Assembly (NCBI GenBank): GCA_964655855.1
Contig: CAZZPE010000004.1
Location: forward strand, 18,808 to 82,807
Direction: 5' to 3'
Length of the DNA stretch: 64,000 nucleotides
Origin: an uncultured Bifidobacteriaceae bacterium
Lineage (GTDB): Bacteria; Verrucomicrobiota; Verrucomicrobiia; Limisphaerales; UBA11358
Under the pieces are notes generated by a model, which had not been told where the DNA came from, did not search any database, and saw only the letters and a list, made by a program, of their open reading frames with translations. Both the position numbers and the translations under genes were made by a program. Below, piece by piece: positions 1-9,825 of this stretch; within the stretch, counting starts at the first letter, position 1, and the number at the start of each line of letters is the position of its first letter.

Positions 1-18
1 GTTTGAAGTTGTGAATTT

Positions 19-1431
19 ATGAAGCCAGTTGCCATTTTAAGTTTGCTCGCCGCCAGCGTGCTGGTGTTCGCCGGCTGCCGGGGCGTTCCCGCGCCGGGCG
101 AAAAACAGGCGCGCCGGGATTTCGGCGCGGTCGCCGGTCAATACCGGCCCGGCAACCGCCCGCCGGTTTTGCCGGAGCTGACGCCGGATTCCAGCTTGAG
201 CAATTACCTCGCGTTCGCGCTGCTGAATTCGCCGGCGGTCGCGGCGGCGTATTACGACTGGTCGGCGTCGGTCGAAAACATCACCGTCGCGCGCTCGCTG
301 CCGGACCCGCAAATCACCTTTCAATCGGACATTGCCGACATCGTGACGAGCGTGATGCCGGGTTTCCTGCAACAATTTCCCGGCCCCGGCAAGCTCAAGG
401 CGCGCGCCCGATTCGCCGTGACGGAGAGCGGCGGAAAATACTTCGCGTTTGAAAGCGCGGTGCTGCAAGCAGCGTTCAATCTGAAGCACGCCTATTACCG
501 GCTCGGCCTGCTGGACGAACAGCTTTGCCTCAAGCGCGAGACGCTTTCGTTGCTGGAAAATCAGGAGCGCGTCCTTCGTGTCCAAAACGTCGCGGGCACG
601 GCGTCGCTGCCGGAAACGCTGCGCGTCCAGAGCGAGCTGGATCGCGTCCGCAACGAAATGGCCAATCTCGAAGACTCGCGCCGGCCGCTGCTGGAAAATT
701 TCAAGGCCGCGCTGGGCCTGACGCCGCCGCAGCCCGCTCCGCCGGCACCCGCGCATTTTGAAACGAGCGGCGAAAATCCCGATGCCGAGGAGTTGTTTCG
801 TTTTGCGTTCGCCCACAATCCGCAGCTTGCGGCGATGGAAGCCGATGTGCGCGCCGCCGAGGCCGGCATCGCCGTGGCTTACAAGGAGCGCGTGCCGGAT
901 TTCAGCCTCGGCTTGATGGCCGACGCCAAAACCGCGCCGACGCTGTTCCGGCCGCTGGCGGGCATGACCTTTCCGATCTGGCGCGACAAGCTCGCGGCGG
1001 AAGTTGCGCAGGCCCAGGCGAACGAGCTGGCGGAAAAATCGCGGCTGAAGGCCGGACAGATTGACCTCGCCGTGAATTTCGCCGAAAAATCGTTTGCCTG
1101 CCGTGAAACCGGCCGCAACGTCGCGCTGATTGAAAACCAACTCCTGCCGCAGGCGCGCCAGTCATTGGAAACCGTCCGCGCCGGTTATCGCACCGGCGCG
1201 GTGGATTTTTCCGCCATGACCGACGCAGAACGGGAGCTTTTGGATTTGCAGCTTGAAGCGGTTGAAGCCCGGACCGACCGCGAGATTGCGCTGGCGGAAC
1301 TGTCGCTCATGGTCGCCGGTGTGCCGCCGGCGAACGCACCGCTGTTACCTCGTAGCAGCGGACATGAGTCCGCTCCATCTTCCCGAAATGAAAGTCGGAG
1401 CCGACTTACGTCGGCTGCCACAAAGAATTGA
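19..1431 (+). CDS. TolC-family outer membrane efflux lipoprotein (CusC/CzcC-like)
   Basis: Lipoprotein signal (VLVFAGC), two OEP-like helical repeats, first gene of an operon with MFP and RND genes. The C-terminal ~25 aa derive from a REP doublet. Confidence 0.88.
   Translation: MKPVAILSLLAASVLVFAGCRGVPAPGEKQARRDFGAVAGQYRPGNRPPVLPELTPDSSLSNYLAFALLNSPAVAAAYYDWSASVENITVARSLPDPQITFQSDIADIVTSVMPGFLQQFPGPGKLKARARFAVTESGGKYFAFESAVLQAAFNLKHAYYRLGLLDEQLCLKRETLSLLENQERVLRVQNVAGTASLPETLRVQSELDRVRNEMANLEDSRRPLLENFKAALGLTPPQPAPPAPAHFETSGENPDAEELFRFAFAHNPQLAAMEADVRAAEAGIAVAYKERVPDFSLGLMADAKTAPTLFRPLAGMTFPIWRDKLAAEVAQAQANELAEKSRLKAGQIDLAVNFAEKSFACRETGRNVALIENQLLPQARQSLETVRAGYRTGAVDFSAMTDAERELLDLQLEAVEARTDREIALAELSLMVAGVPPANAPLLPRSSGHESAPSSRNESRSRLTSAATKN
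1352..1421. repeat. GTAG-type REP-like doublet (family A) inside the tolC 3' end
   Basis: GTAGCAGCGGACATGAGTCCGCTC (1352-1375) and inverted GAGCCGACTTACGTCGGCTGCCAC (1398-1421); each unit has a 7-bp stem. Related copies at 34629, 42005 and 52114. Confidence 0.85.
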
Positions 1432-1435
1432 ATTT

Positions 1436-3157
1436 ATGAAAACAAAAATGAAATTGATTTTGGCTGGAACGCTGCTCGTCGCGGCGGTTGGCCTCGGCGT
1501 GTTCGCCGCCGACAACTCCAGCAATTTGGACGCGACCAACTCCGTCGCCACTTCCTCCGGCAAAACGCTTTACACCTGCGGCATGCACCCGTGGATCATC
1601 CAGGATCATCCCGGCAACTGCCCGATTTGCGGCATGAAGCTGGAGCCGGTCCACAAAACCGCCGGCGCTGATGCGGCGACTTCGGCTGACCGCAAAATTC
1701 TGTATTACAAGTCCACGATGATGCCGGGCGAGACCGGCACCAAACCGGGCAAAGACAGCATGGGCATGGACATGGTTCCGGTTGATGCCGGGGAGCCTGC
1801 CGCCGCGAATTCTTCCGTCATCTCGATTGATCCGGCGACGATCCAGTTGATGAACCTCCAGACGACGGAAATCGCGCGCGGCCCGCTGCGCCGGAGCATC
1901 CGCACCGTCGGAACGATTGACTACAACGAAACCGCGCTGGCGGACGTGACGACCAAGTTCAGGGGCTGGATTGAAAAACTGGACGTGGACGCCACGGGCG
2001 AACTCGTGCATCGCGGCGAGCCGCTGTTTGGAATTTATTCACCGGAACTTTACAGCGCCGAGGCGGAGTATCTGGCGGTTCTGAATTCCACGAACGATTC
2101 CGACGCATCGCCGCTGCGCGACGCGGCGCTGGAAAAATTGAAATTCTTCGACATTTCGGATGGACAAATCGCCGCGCTTGAAAAATCCGGCAAGCCGTCC
2201 AGGACACTGGAAATGCTCGCGCCGGCGGACGGGTTTGTCATTGAGAAGGACATCGTGCAGGGCCAGATGGTGGACGCGGGCATGAAACTTTACCAGTTGG
2301 CCGACCTCGGCGTCGTCTGGGTCTTCGCGCAGGTTTACGAGCAGGATTTGCCTTGCGTCCAGCTTGGCCAGGAGGCGACGGTCAAATTGTCATCGCTGCC
2401 GGACCGCGAATTCCGCGGGCGCGTCACCTACATTTATCCGAACGTGGACGAAAAAACGCGGACGGCACGCGTGCGGCTGGAGTTTGAAAATCCCGGTTAT
2501 TTTCTCAAGCCCGGCATGTTCGTCTCGGCGCAAATCACGGCGGAATTGGAACCGTCCGCGCTGCTGGTGCCGGATTCGGCGGTGCTGCGCAGCGGCGAAA
2601 AAAATACGGTGTTCGTCGCGCTGCCCGGCGGCAAATTTGACCCGCGCACGGTCGCGCTCGGCCTGGAATCCGAACATAATTTGTATGAAGTCATCAGCGG
2701 TTTGAACGAGGGCGATCGCGTGGTCACATCCGGGCAGTTCATGCTGGATTCGGAAAGCCAGTTGCGCGAGGCCATCCAGAAAATGAGCGAGCAGGTGGCG
2801 GCGACACCGTCGTCGCCTTCTTCGGCCACAAATCTAACCGCGCAAATTTCTGCCACCAGCGCCGAAAAGGAACCGGTGGTCTACGTCTGTCCGATGCCGG
2901 AGCACGTCTCCATCACCTACGACCATCCGGGCAACTGCCCCATTTGCGGCATGGCGCTGGTGCCGGTGACGCCATCCGAACTCAAACAGCTTCAGCCCGG
3001 CGGCAAGGTGCTTTACTACACCTGCCCGATGCCCGAGCACGCCAGCGTTCACGAAGACAAACCGGGGAAATGTCCGATTTGCGGCATGACTCTCATTCCG
3101 GTGATGGCCGCACCAGATGCGTCCACGAATTCAACGCCGCCGGATGCCGCGAATTAA
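1436..3157 (+). CDS. cusB: RND efflux periplasmic adaptor (CusB-like) with multiple heavy-metal-binding modules
   Basis: Signal peptide; YTCGMHP..CPICGM, YYKSTMMP..MGMDMVP and two C-terminal CPMPEH..CPICGM modules; MFP core (TVALG..GLNEGDRVVTSGQF). Start moved to ATG 1436. Confidence 0.88.
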   Translation: MKTKMKLILAGTLLVAAVGLGVFAADNSSNLDATNSVATSSGKTLYTCGMHPWIIQDHPGNCPICGMKLEPVHKTAGADAATSADRKILYYKSTMMPGETGTKPGKDSMGMDMVPVDAGEPAAANSSVISIDPATIQLMNLQTTEIARGPLRRSIRTVGTIDYNETALADVTTKFRGWIEKLDVDATGELVHRGEPLFGIYSPELYSAEAEYLAVLNSTNDSDASPLRDAALEKLKFFDISDGQIAALEKSGKPSRTLEMLAPADGFVIEKDIVQGQMVDAGMKLYQLADLGVVWVFAQVYEQDLPCVQLGQEATVKLSSLPDREFRGRVTYIYPNVDEKTRTARVRLEFENPGYFLKPGMFVSAQITAELEPSALLVPDSAVLRSGEKNTVFVALPGGKFDPRTVALGLESEHNLYEVISGLNEGDRVVTSGQFMLDSESQLREAIQKMSEQVAATPSSPSSATNLTAQISATSAEKEPVVYVCPMPEHVSITYDHPGNCPICGMALVPVTPSELKQLQPGGKVLYYTCPMPEHASVHEDKPGKCPICGMTLIPVMAAPDASTNSTPPDAAN

Positions 3158-3169
3158 GAAGGAATTTCC

Positions 3170-6100
3170 ATGCTCACGCGCATCATAGATTTTTCGCTCC
3201 GGAACAAGTTCATCGTTCTGCTGGTGACGGTGGTGTTGGTGCTCGGCGGCGTTTACGCGGTGCGCAACATCCCGCTCGACGCCATCCCCGACCTTTCCGA
3301 CACGCAGGTCATCATTTACACGCCGTGGGAAGGCCAGGCGCCGAACATCGTCGAAGACCAGGTCACTTATCCCGTTACGACCAAGATGCTTTCCGTCCCG
3401 CGCGCGAAGGTGGTGCGCGGCTATTCGTTCTACGGCTACTCGTTCGTCTATGTGATTTTTGACGACGGCACCGATCCTTACTGGGCGCGCAGCCGGGTGC
3501 TGGAATACTTGAGCAGCATCAGCGGCCAATTGCCCAAGGGCGTCACGCCGTCGCTCGGCCCGGATGCCACCGGCGTCGGCTGGGCGTTCATGTATTCCAT
3601 CAACTCGACGAACCGCAATCTCGCCGACCTGCGCTCGATTCAGGACTGGTATTTGAAGTATCAACTGACCGCCGTGCAGGGCGTGTCGGAAGTCGCGTCC
3701 ATCGGCGGTTTTGTGAAGCAATACCAGGTGACGGTGGATCCGACGAAGCTCCGCGCCTACAACCTATCGTTGAACGAAGTGAGCCAGGCCATCCAGCGGA
3801 GCAACGGCGAGGTCGGCGGGCGTTCGCTCGAATTATCCGAGCGCGAATTCATCCTGCGCGTGAAGGGCTACATTGAAAATCTCGACGACCTGAAAAAGGT
3901 CGCCGTGGGCGTCGGTGAAAACGGCGTGCCGATTTTGCTGCGCGACGTGGCGAACATCCAGTTCGGCCCGGACATGCGGCGCGGCATCGCCGATTTGAAT
4001 GGCGACGGCGAGACCGTCGGCGGCATCGTCGTCGTGCGTTACGGCGCGAACGCCTCCAAGGTAATCCAGGCCGTGAAACAGCGGCTGGACCAGGCGATGA
4101 AAGCGCTGCCGCCGGACGTGAAAGTCACCGTCACCTACGACCGCACGGCGCTGATTGACCGCGCGGTGGCGACGCTGGAAGAAAAGCTCATCGAAGAAAG
4201 CATCGTCGTCGCGCTCGTGTGCCTCGCGTTCCTGCTGCACCTGCGGAGCGCGCTGGTGGCGATCATCATTTTGCCGGTCGCGGTGCTGATTGCATTCCTC
4301 GTCATGTTCGGGCAGGGCATCAGCTCGAACATCATGTCGCTCGGCGGCATCGCCATCGCCATCGGCGCGATGGTGGACGCGGTCATTATCATGATCGAGA
4401 ACGCCCACCAGCATCTGGAACGCGACCAGGGCAAAAAACCGCACTGGGAAATCATCCGCGACGCGGCCGTCGAAGTCGGACCGGCGCTGTTTTATTCGCT
4501 GCTCGTCATCACCGTTTCGTTCCTGCCGGTGTTCTCGTTGCAGGAACAGGAAGGCCGGCTGTTCAAACCGCTGGCGTTCACCAAGACGTATTCGATGGCG
4601 GCGGCGGCGCTGCTGTCCATCACGCTCGCGCCGGTTCTGATGGGCTGGTTCATCCGCGGAAAAATTCCGAGGGAGGAAAAAAATCCCATCAACCATTTCC
4701 TCATCTGGCTCTACAAGCCGGTGGTGGACCTGGCCATCCGGTATCGCTGGCTGGTGGTGATTTGCGGCGGCATTTTGGTCGGCTGGGTTTTCTTTCCGTG
4801 GAACTCGGTCGTAGCGCGGCTGCTGCCGGATGGCCACGTAAAACAAATGGCCTTCTCCGCCGGCAAGTTGTTCCCGTATCAAAACATCGGCTCGGAATTC
4901 ATGCCGCCGCTTTACGAGGGCGACCTGCTTTACATGCCCACGACCTTTCCGGGCATTTCTCCGACCAAGGCGCGCGAGCTGATTCAAATCACCGACCGCA
5001 TCATCAAATCGTTTCCCGAGGTGGAAACCGTTTTTGGCAAGGCCGGCCGCGCCGAGACCGCCACCGACCCCGCGCCGATGGACATGATTGAAACCACCAT
5101 CCGCCTCAAGCCGGAAGCCGACTGGCCTACCGTGGATATCAAGGACGACGACGGAAAAATCATCGCGCACCGACGACGCACGCCGGATGAATTGACCGGG
5201 GCGATGAACGACGCGGTGCAAATCCCCGGCCTGAATAATGCCTGGACCATGCCCATCGCCACGCGCATTGACATGCTTTCCACCGGCATCAAGACGCCCG
5301 TCGGCATCAAGATTGCCGGGCCGGATCTGGCCACGCTCGAACGCATCGGCATCGAGGTCGAGGCCGTCGTCCGACAGGTGCCCGGCACCGCCAGCGCCTT
5401 CGCCGAACGCGTGACCGGCGGACGCTACATCGAGTTTGAAATTGACCGCGACGCCATCGCGCGCTACGGCCTGACCGTTGGCGACGTGCAGGACGTGCTT
5501 TCAGTGGCGCTTGGCGGCATGCCGCTGACGACGACCGTGGAAGGTCTGCAACGCTACACCATCAACCTGCGTTACGACCGCGATTTCCGTTCCGATCTGG
5601 ATTCGCTCAGGCGCGACATTGTCATTCCCACACCCACCGGAGCGCAAATACCGCTCGGCGAACTCGCCAGCATCAAAGTCGTGGACGGCCCGATGTCCAT
5701 CAAGACCGAAGGCGCCGTGCCAAACGACTGGGTTTATGTGGACATCCACGACGTGGACGTTGGCACCTACGTCCAGAACGCCATGCACACCGTGAACGCC
5801 GCCATCGCCGACGGCCGGATCAAGCTGCCGCCCGGCTACAATCTTTTCTGGAGCGGCCAATACGAATACATGCTGCACGCCAGGGCGCGCCTGTTGATGG
5901 TCGTGCCGCTGACGCTGCTCATCATTTCGCTCATCATCTTCCTGAACACGCGCTCGCTGCTCAAGACCGCCATCGTGCTGCTGGCCGTGCCGTTCTCGCT
6001 GGTCGGCGCGTTCTGGACGCTCTACCTGCTGCACTACAATTTGAGCGTGGCCGTCTGGGTCGGCATCATCGCGCTCGCCGGTCTCGACGCCGAGACCGGC

Positions 6101-6418
6101 GTCATCATGCTGTTATACCTGGATCTCGCCTACGACGAGTGGCGGAGAAAAGGTTTGATGCGGAACCTCGGCGATTTGCGCGACGCGATTTATCACGGCG
6201 CGGTGAAACGGCTGCGCCCGAAAATCATGACCGCCAGCGTCATCATCGCAGGTCTCGCGCCGATTTTATGGAGCCACGGCACCGGAGCGGACGTGATGAA
6301 ACGCATCGCCGCGCCGATGGTCGGCGGCATCATCACCTCCACCATTTGCGTGCTGGTGGTTTACCCGGCCATCTTTTATCTGTGGCGCTCGCGAACAATC
6401 AAGGCGGACGGGAAATGA
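3170..6418 (+). CDS. cusA: CusA/CzcA family heavy-metal efflux RND permease
   Basis: 1082 aa; LDAIPDLSDTQVIIYT, GGIAIAIGAMVDA, AVKRLRPKIMT and Met-rich periplasmic motifs typical of CusA/SilA. Confidence 0.93.
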   Translation: MLTRIIDFSLRNKFIVLLVTVVLVLGGVYAVRNIPLDAIPDLSDTQVIIYTPWEGQAPNIVEDQVTYPVTTKMLSVPRAKVVRGYSFYGYSFVYVIFDDGTDPYWARSRVLEYLSSISGQLPKGVTPSLGPDATGVGWAFMYSINSTNRNLADLRSIQDWYLKYQLTAVQGVSEVASIGGFVKQYQVTVDPTKLRAYNLSLNEVSQAIQRSNGEVGGRSLELSEREFILRVKGYIENLDDLKKVAVGVGENGVPILLRDVANIQFGPDMRRGIADLNGDGETVGGIVVVRYGANASKVIQAVKQRLDQAMKALPPDVKVTVTYDRTALIDRAVATLEEKLIEESIVVALVCLAFLLHLRSALVAIIILPVAVLIAFLVMFGQGISSNIMSLGGIAIAIGAMVDAVIIMIENAHQHLERDQGKKPHWEIIRDAAVEVGPALFYSLLVITVSFLPVFSLQEQEGRLFKPLAFTKTYSMAAAALLSITLAPVLMGWFIRGKIPREEKNPINHFLIWLYKPVVDLAIRYRWLVVICGGILVGWVFFPWNSVVARLLPDGHVKQMAFSAGKLFPYQNIGSEFMPPLYEGDLLYMPTTFPGISPTKARELIQITDRIIKSFPEVETVFGKAGRAETATDPAPMDMIETTIRLKPEADWPTVDIKDDDGKIIAHRRRTPDELTGAMNDAVQIPGLNNAWTMPIATRIDMLSTGIKTPVGIKIAGPDLATLERIGIEVEAVVRQVPGTASAFAERVTGGRYIEFEIDRDAIARYGLTVGDVQDVLSVALGGMPLTTTVEGLQRYTINLRYDRDFRSDLDSLRRDIVIPTPTGAQIPLGELASIKVVDGPMSIKTEGAVPNDWVYVDIHDVDVGTYVQNAMHTVNAAIADGRIKLPPGYNLFWSGQYEYMLHARARLLMVVPLTLLIISLIIFLNTRSLLKTAIVLLAVPFSLVGAFWTLYLLHYNLSVAVWVGIIALAGLDAETGVIMLLYLDLAYDEWRRKGLMRNLGDLRDAIYHGAVKRLRPKIMTASVIIAGLAPILWSHGTGADVMKRIAAPMVGGIITSTICVLVVYPAIFYLWRSRTIKADGK

Positions 6419-6471
6419 GACAATGATATCTCTGAAAAACTCAATTCCGGGCAGCAGACTGGTGTGAAAAC

Positions 6472-6873
6472 TTATTGGCCGGTCATGGTGACCAGCAATT
6501 CCCCGCCCTCGTTGACCGACGTTGCGAACACCGGCAAATCGCGGCGGGCCGGCCCGTGGGTCACATGGCCGTCGGCATCAAAGGTCGAGCCGTGGCAGGG
6601 ACAGTGGAAGGAACGGTCCGGCTCAACGTCCAGCTTGCATTTCCGGTGGGTGCAGATCGCTGAAACGGCAAAAAGTCTTTCACCCTGACGGACGACGAAG
6701 AATCCCTGATTGCGAAAGCCGGCATATGCGCCGTCACCGGCATAATTGGCGGCCGCTCCCGCGTTCACCGTCCGTTCTCCGCCACCAGCGGCAGCGCCGC
6801 CGCTTTCAACGGAATTGCAACCAGCGGCAAAACCCGCGGTCAATATCAGGAATTCACGCCGGCTGATTTTCAT
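6472..6873 (-). CDS. Tat-exported Rieske [2Fe-2S] protein
   Basis: SRREFL twin-arginine signal; CTHRKC and CPCHGSTFD Rieske boxes. Confidence 0.9.
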   Translation of the reverse strand: MKISRREFLILTAGFAAGCNSVESGGAAAGGGERTVNAGAAANYAGDGAYAGFRNQGFFVVRQGERLFAVSAICTHRKCKLDVEPDRSFHCPCHGSTFDADGHVTHGPARRDLPVFATSVNEGGELLVTMTGQ

Positions 6874-6894
6874 GCCGCAGGCATTGATGCGGTT

Positions 6895-7785
6895 TCAAAA
6901 TTCAAACACCAGGCTGGTGATGACACCCCAGTGTGTGTCCTGGCGGGCGTTGTTATCCAGCGGGAAGACAAACGCGATGCCCGGTCGCGGCTGGATGCGG
7001 CCGACGGCCTTGAGATTGAGCCGGAATCCGGCATCACCCTGCAGGCCGTTCTGGCCGGGATGATCCTTGTTCAATTCGGTTTCGCCCATCAGCTCAAAGA
7101 CGGGGATGAGTTGTTCGACATCCGGCAGCGGCAGCGTGTTGTGCGGAATTGTATAACCAAAGACGAAACCGTATTCAAAGGTCTGCAAGCCGCCATCATC
7201 GCCGGGGCCGAACAATGTGGAATAACCGAGGATGGCCTGGGTGGTGAAATTGCCGAGCTTCAGGTCGTCAAAAATCTTGGGGACAAGTTCGCCGTTCTTG
7301 CTGACGGCGGATTCGGTGGGGATGCCCGCCTCGAAGCCCGCGCCAAGGGTTGAGTCCACAAGGCCTCCGGCCGAGACGAATTGATAAAACGGATAACGCG
7401 CGCCCACGTCAATGTTGTCGAAACCCTCCGTGGTCTGGCCGTCCGACACATCGCGTTCGTAGGGGATTTCCAATTCCAGCGTCAGCAGGCCGAATCCTTC
7501 TTCCACTTCAGGGTGGATGATGTCGGTCTTGGAACCGCCGGCTTCGGTGTGCAGCCAGTCCAGCCGCGCCTCGCCAGTCTCCAAATCGGAGTCGTCCACC
7601 AGAAACGGTTCAGGAAAGACGCCCAGACCATATCCGCTGCGGCTGTCGAGCCAGTCGAAAAGCCCGTGGCTCGTGCCGGCCTGTGTGGCGGGAGAAACTG
7701 GTGCGGTTTGTTCATTGGTGAACGCGGCATGGCTCGATTCAATGGCCAGCGCACAGAGGCAACCGATTGCGAACATCCTTTTCAT
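6895..7785 (-). CDS. Exported protein, probable outer-membrane beta-barrel (transporter-like)
   Basis: Signal peptide (MKRMFAIG..SSHA), alternating amphipathic segments, C-terminal VITSLVFEF with terminal Phe. Start uncertain (7785 or 7797). Confidence 0.6.
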   Translation of the reverse strand: MKRMFAIGCLCALAIESSHAAFTNEQTAPVSPATQAGTSHGLFDWLDSRSGYGLGVFPEPFLVDDSDLETGEARLDWLHTEAGGSKTDIIHPEVEEGFGLLTLELEIPYERDVSDGQTTEGFDNIDVGARYPFYQFVSAGGLVDSTLGAGFEAGIPTESAVSKNGELVPKIFDDLKLGNFTTQAILGYSTLFGPGDDGGLQTFEYGFVFGYTIPHNTLPLPDVEQLIPVFELMGETELNKDHPGQNGLQGDAGFRLNLKAVGRIQPRPGIAFVFPLDNNARQDTHWGVITSLVFEF

Positions 7786-7949
7786 CGAAGCGAGCATAGC
7801 AGCCCTCCCGAAATCCCGCAACTGTCTGCCCGCCATTTCCCGGCGGTGATTTTCTCCGTGGCCACAAGGTTCGGTCGCAGCCCTTCCAAATCTGCTGGCG
7901 TTTTATAATCGACGGCCTCTGGCGTCATGCATAAATTCTGCACGACCCT

Positions 7950-8186
7950 ATGAGCACAGACCTCCTTTGGCTGTTTTATGCCGGCATCTTCGCGCAGGCA
8001 ATCTTCCTGCTGATGGGCCGGTTTGAACCCGGGGATTTTCCCAAACTTGGCGGCTGCTGTCTGTGCTCGCTCGCCGGACTGATTCCAGGAAAACACGAAA
8101 CCAATTATCATCTCAACCTCCATCTGTTTCTCATTGCGTGCGCCTTCGCCATCGGCTACGCGCTCTGTTTCAATCGTAATTCGTAA
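7950..8186 (+). CDS. Small hydrophobic hypothetical protein, possibly truncated
   Basis: 78-aa ORF with 2-3 hydrophobic segments; its stop (8184-8186) lies inside a hexamer repeat array. Confidence 0.35.
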   Translation: MSTDLLWLFYAGIFAQAIFLLMGRFEPGDFPKLGGCCLCSLAGLIPGKHETNYHLNLHLFLIACAFAIGYALCFNRNS

Positions 8187-8238
8187 TCTTAATCAAAGAA
8201 AACCGGGATTACGATTAAGAGAAGGATTAAGATTAGGA
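8172..8238. repeat. Inverted hexamer-type array (AATCGT/AATCTT ... GATTAC/GATTAA)
   Basis: aatcgtaattcgtaatcttaatc and gattacgattaagagaaggattaagattagga are roughly reverse-complementary arms. Confidence 0.7.
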
Positions 8239-8299
8239 CATTGCCCCCAAATCCCGCGCTGGCCAAATCGTCTGTGGATTGCTAGGTTGACAGGCGACA

Positions 8300-9079
8300 A
8301 TGAATTTTTTGGCGAACAGGCGCGTGAATGACACGCTCGCCGGGCTGGGACAGATCACCCTGCTCGCGCGGGACGCCCTTGCGTCGTTGTGCCACCTCCG
8401 GGCGAAGTGGCGCGACGTGGTGTTCCAGATGTATTTCATCGGGGTGAAGTCGCAACTGGTGGTGCTGGTGACGGGCGCGTTCACGGGCATGGTGCTGGGG
8501 GCGCAGACGTATTTCCAGTTTCACAAGGTGAAGATGGACACGGCGTCGCTGGCGGTGGTGGGGGTTTCCATGTGCAGCGAGCTGGGGCCGGTGCTGACGG
8601 CGCTGATGGTGGCCGGGCGAGTCGGCGGGGCGATGGCCGCCGAAATCGGCACGATGCGGGTGACGGAGCAGATTGACGCGCTGCGGACGCTGGCGACGCA
8701 TCCGGTGGATTATCTGGTCCTGCCGCGGCTGGTGGCATCGCACATCGTGCTGCCGCTGCTCACGGTGGAGGCGGTCGTCATGGGCATCGGCGCGGGCTTT
8801 CTGGTGGGCGTTTATCTGCTGGGGATTGATCCGGCGTATTTGTGGTATAACATGCTGCACTTCACGCACGATGTGGATTTGGTGATCGGGCTGATCAAGG
8901 CGTTCATTTTCGGCGGGATCATTGCGCTCATCGGCTGTCACAAGGGCATGACGTGCGGGCTGGGCGCGCAGGGCGTTGGGCGCGCGACGATGGAAGCGGT
9001 GGTGTATGCGTCCATCAGCATCCTGATCTCGAACTTTTTCCTGACGCTGGTGATGGGCAAACTGGTGGGGCAATTATGA
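8300..9079 (+). CDS. mlaE: MlaE-family ABC transporter permease
   Basis: ELGPVLTALMVAGRVGGAMAAEIGTMRVTEQIDAL motif. Confidence 0.93.
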   Translation: MNFLANRRVNDTLAGLGQITLLARDALASLCHLRAKWRDVVFQMYFIGVKSQLVVLVTGAFTGMVLGAQTYFQFHKVKMDTASLAVVGVSMCSELGPVLTALMVAGRVGGAMAAEIGTMRVTEQIDALRTLATHPVDYLVLPRLVASHIVLPLLTVEAVVMGIGAGFLVGVYLLGIDPAYLWYNMLHFTHDVDLVIGLIKAFIFGGIIALIGCHKGMTCGLGAQGVGRATMEAVVYASISILISNFFLTLVMGKLVGQL

Positions 9080-9816
9080 TTGAGGTCCGCCACCTGCAAA
9101 AAAGTTTCAGCGCGCAGAAAGTGCTGGAAGACATTGATTTTCGGATTGAAACCGGCGAGTCGGTCGTGATCATCGGGCGCAGCGGCGGCGGCAAGAGCGT
9201 TCTGCTCAAGCACCTCATCGGCCTGCTGCGGCCGGACGCGGGGGAGGTGCTGATTGACGGCGAGAACATCGTGCCGATGAACGAGCGGCAGCTGCTGGGC
9301 GTGCGCCGGAAGTTCGGCATGGTGTTTCAGGGCGCGGCGCTGTTTGATTCGATGACGGTGGCGGAGAACGTGGCGTTCGGGCTGCGCCGGCTGGAGCATT
9401 TGACGGAGGCGCAAATCGCCGGGCGGGTGGCCCGGGTGCTGGAGCTGGTGGATTTGTCCGGCACGGAACGGAAGAATTCCGCCGAGCTGTCGGGCGGGAT
9501 GCGCAAGCGGGTGGGGCTGGCGCGGGCCATCATTTACGAACCGCAGATTGTGCTTTATGATGAGCCGACGACGGGGCTGGACCCGATTGTGTCGGACAGC
9601 ATTGACCAGTTGATCCTGCGGGTGCGGGACCGGCTGAAGGTGACGACGGTGGTGGTGACGCATGACATGCGGACGGCGCGGCGCGTGGGCCAGCGGGTGC
9701 TGATGCTGCACGAACGGAAGATTTACGCGACCGGCACGGCGGATGAGATTTTTGCGTCGCAGGACGCGGTGGTGCGGCAATTCATTGACGGCGTGGCGGA
9801 CGCAAAAGAGAATTAG
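9076..9816 (+). CDS. mlaF: MlaF-family ABC transporter ATP-binding protein
   Basis: GRSGGGKS Walker A, LSGGMRKRVGLARA, LYDEPTTGLDP; ATGA overlap with the mlaE stop. Confidence 0.92.
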   Translation: MIEVRHLQKSFSAQKVLEDIDFRIETGESVVIIGRSGGGKSVLLKHLIGLLRPDAGEVLIDGENIVPMNERQLLGVRRKFGMVFQGAALFDSMTVAENVAFGLRRLEHLTEAQIAGRVARVLELVDLSGTERKNSAELSGGMRKRVGLARAIIYEPQIVLYDEPTTGLDPIVSDSIDQLILRVRDRLKVTTVVVTHDMRTARRVGQRVLMLHERKIYATGTADEIFASQDAVVRQFIDGVADAKEN

Positions 9817-9825
9817 ATTTGAGTC

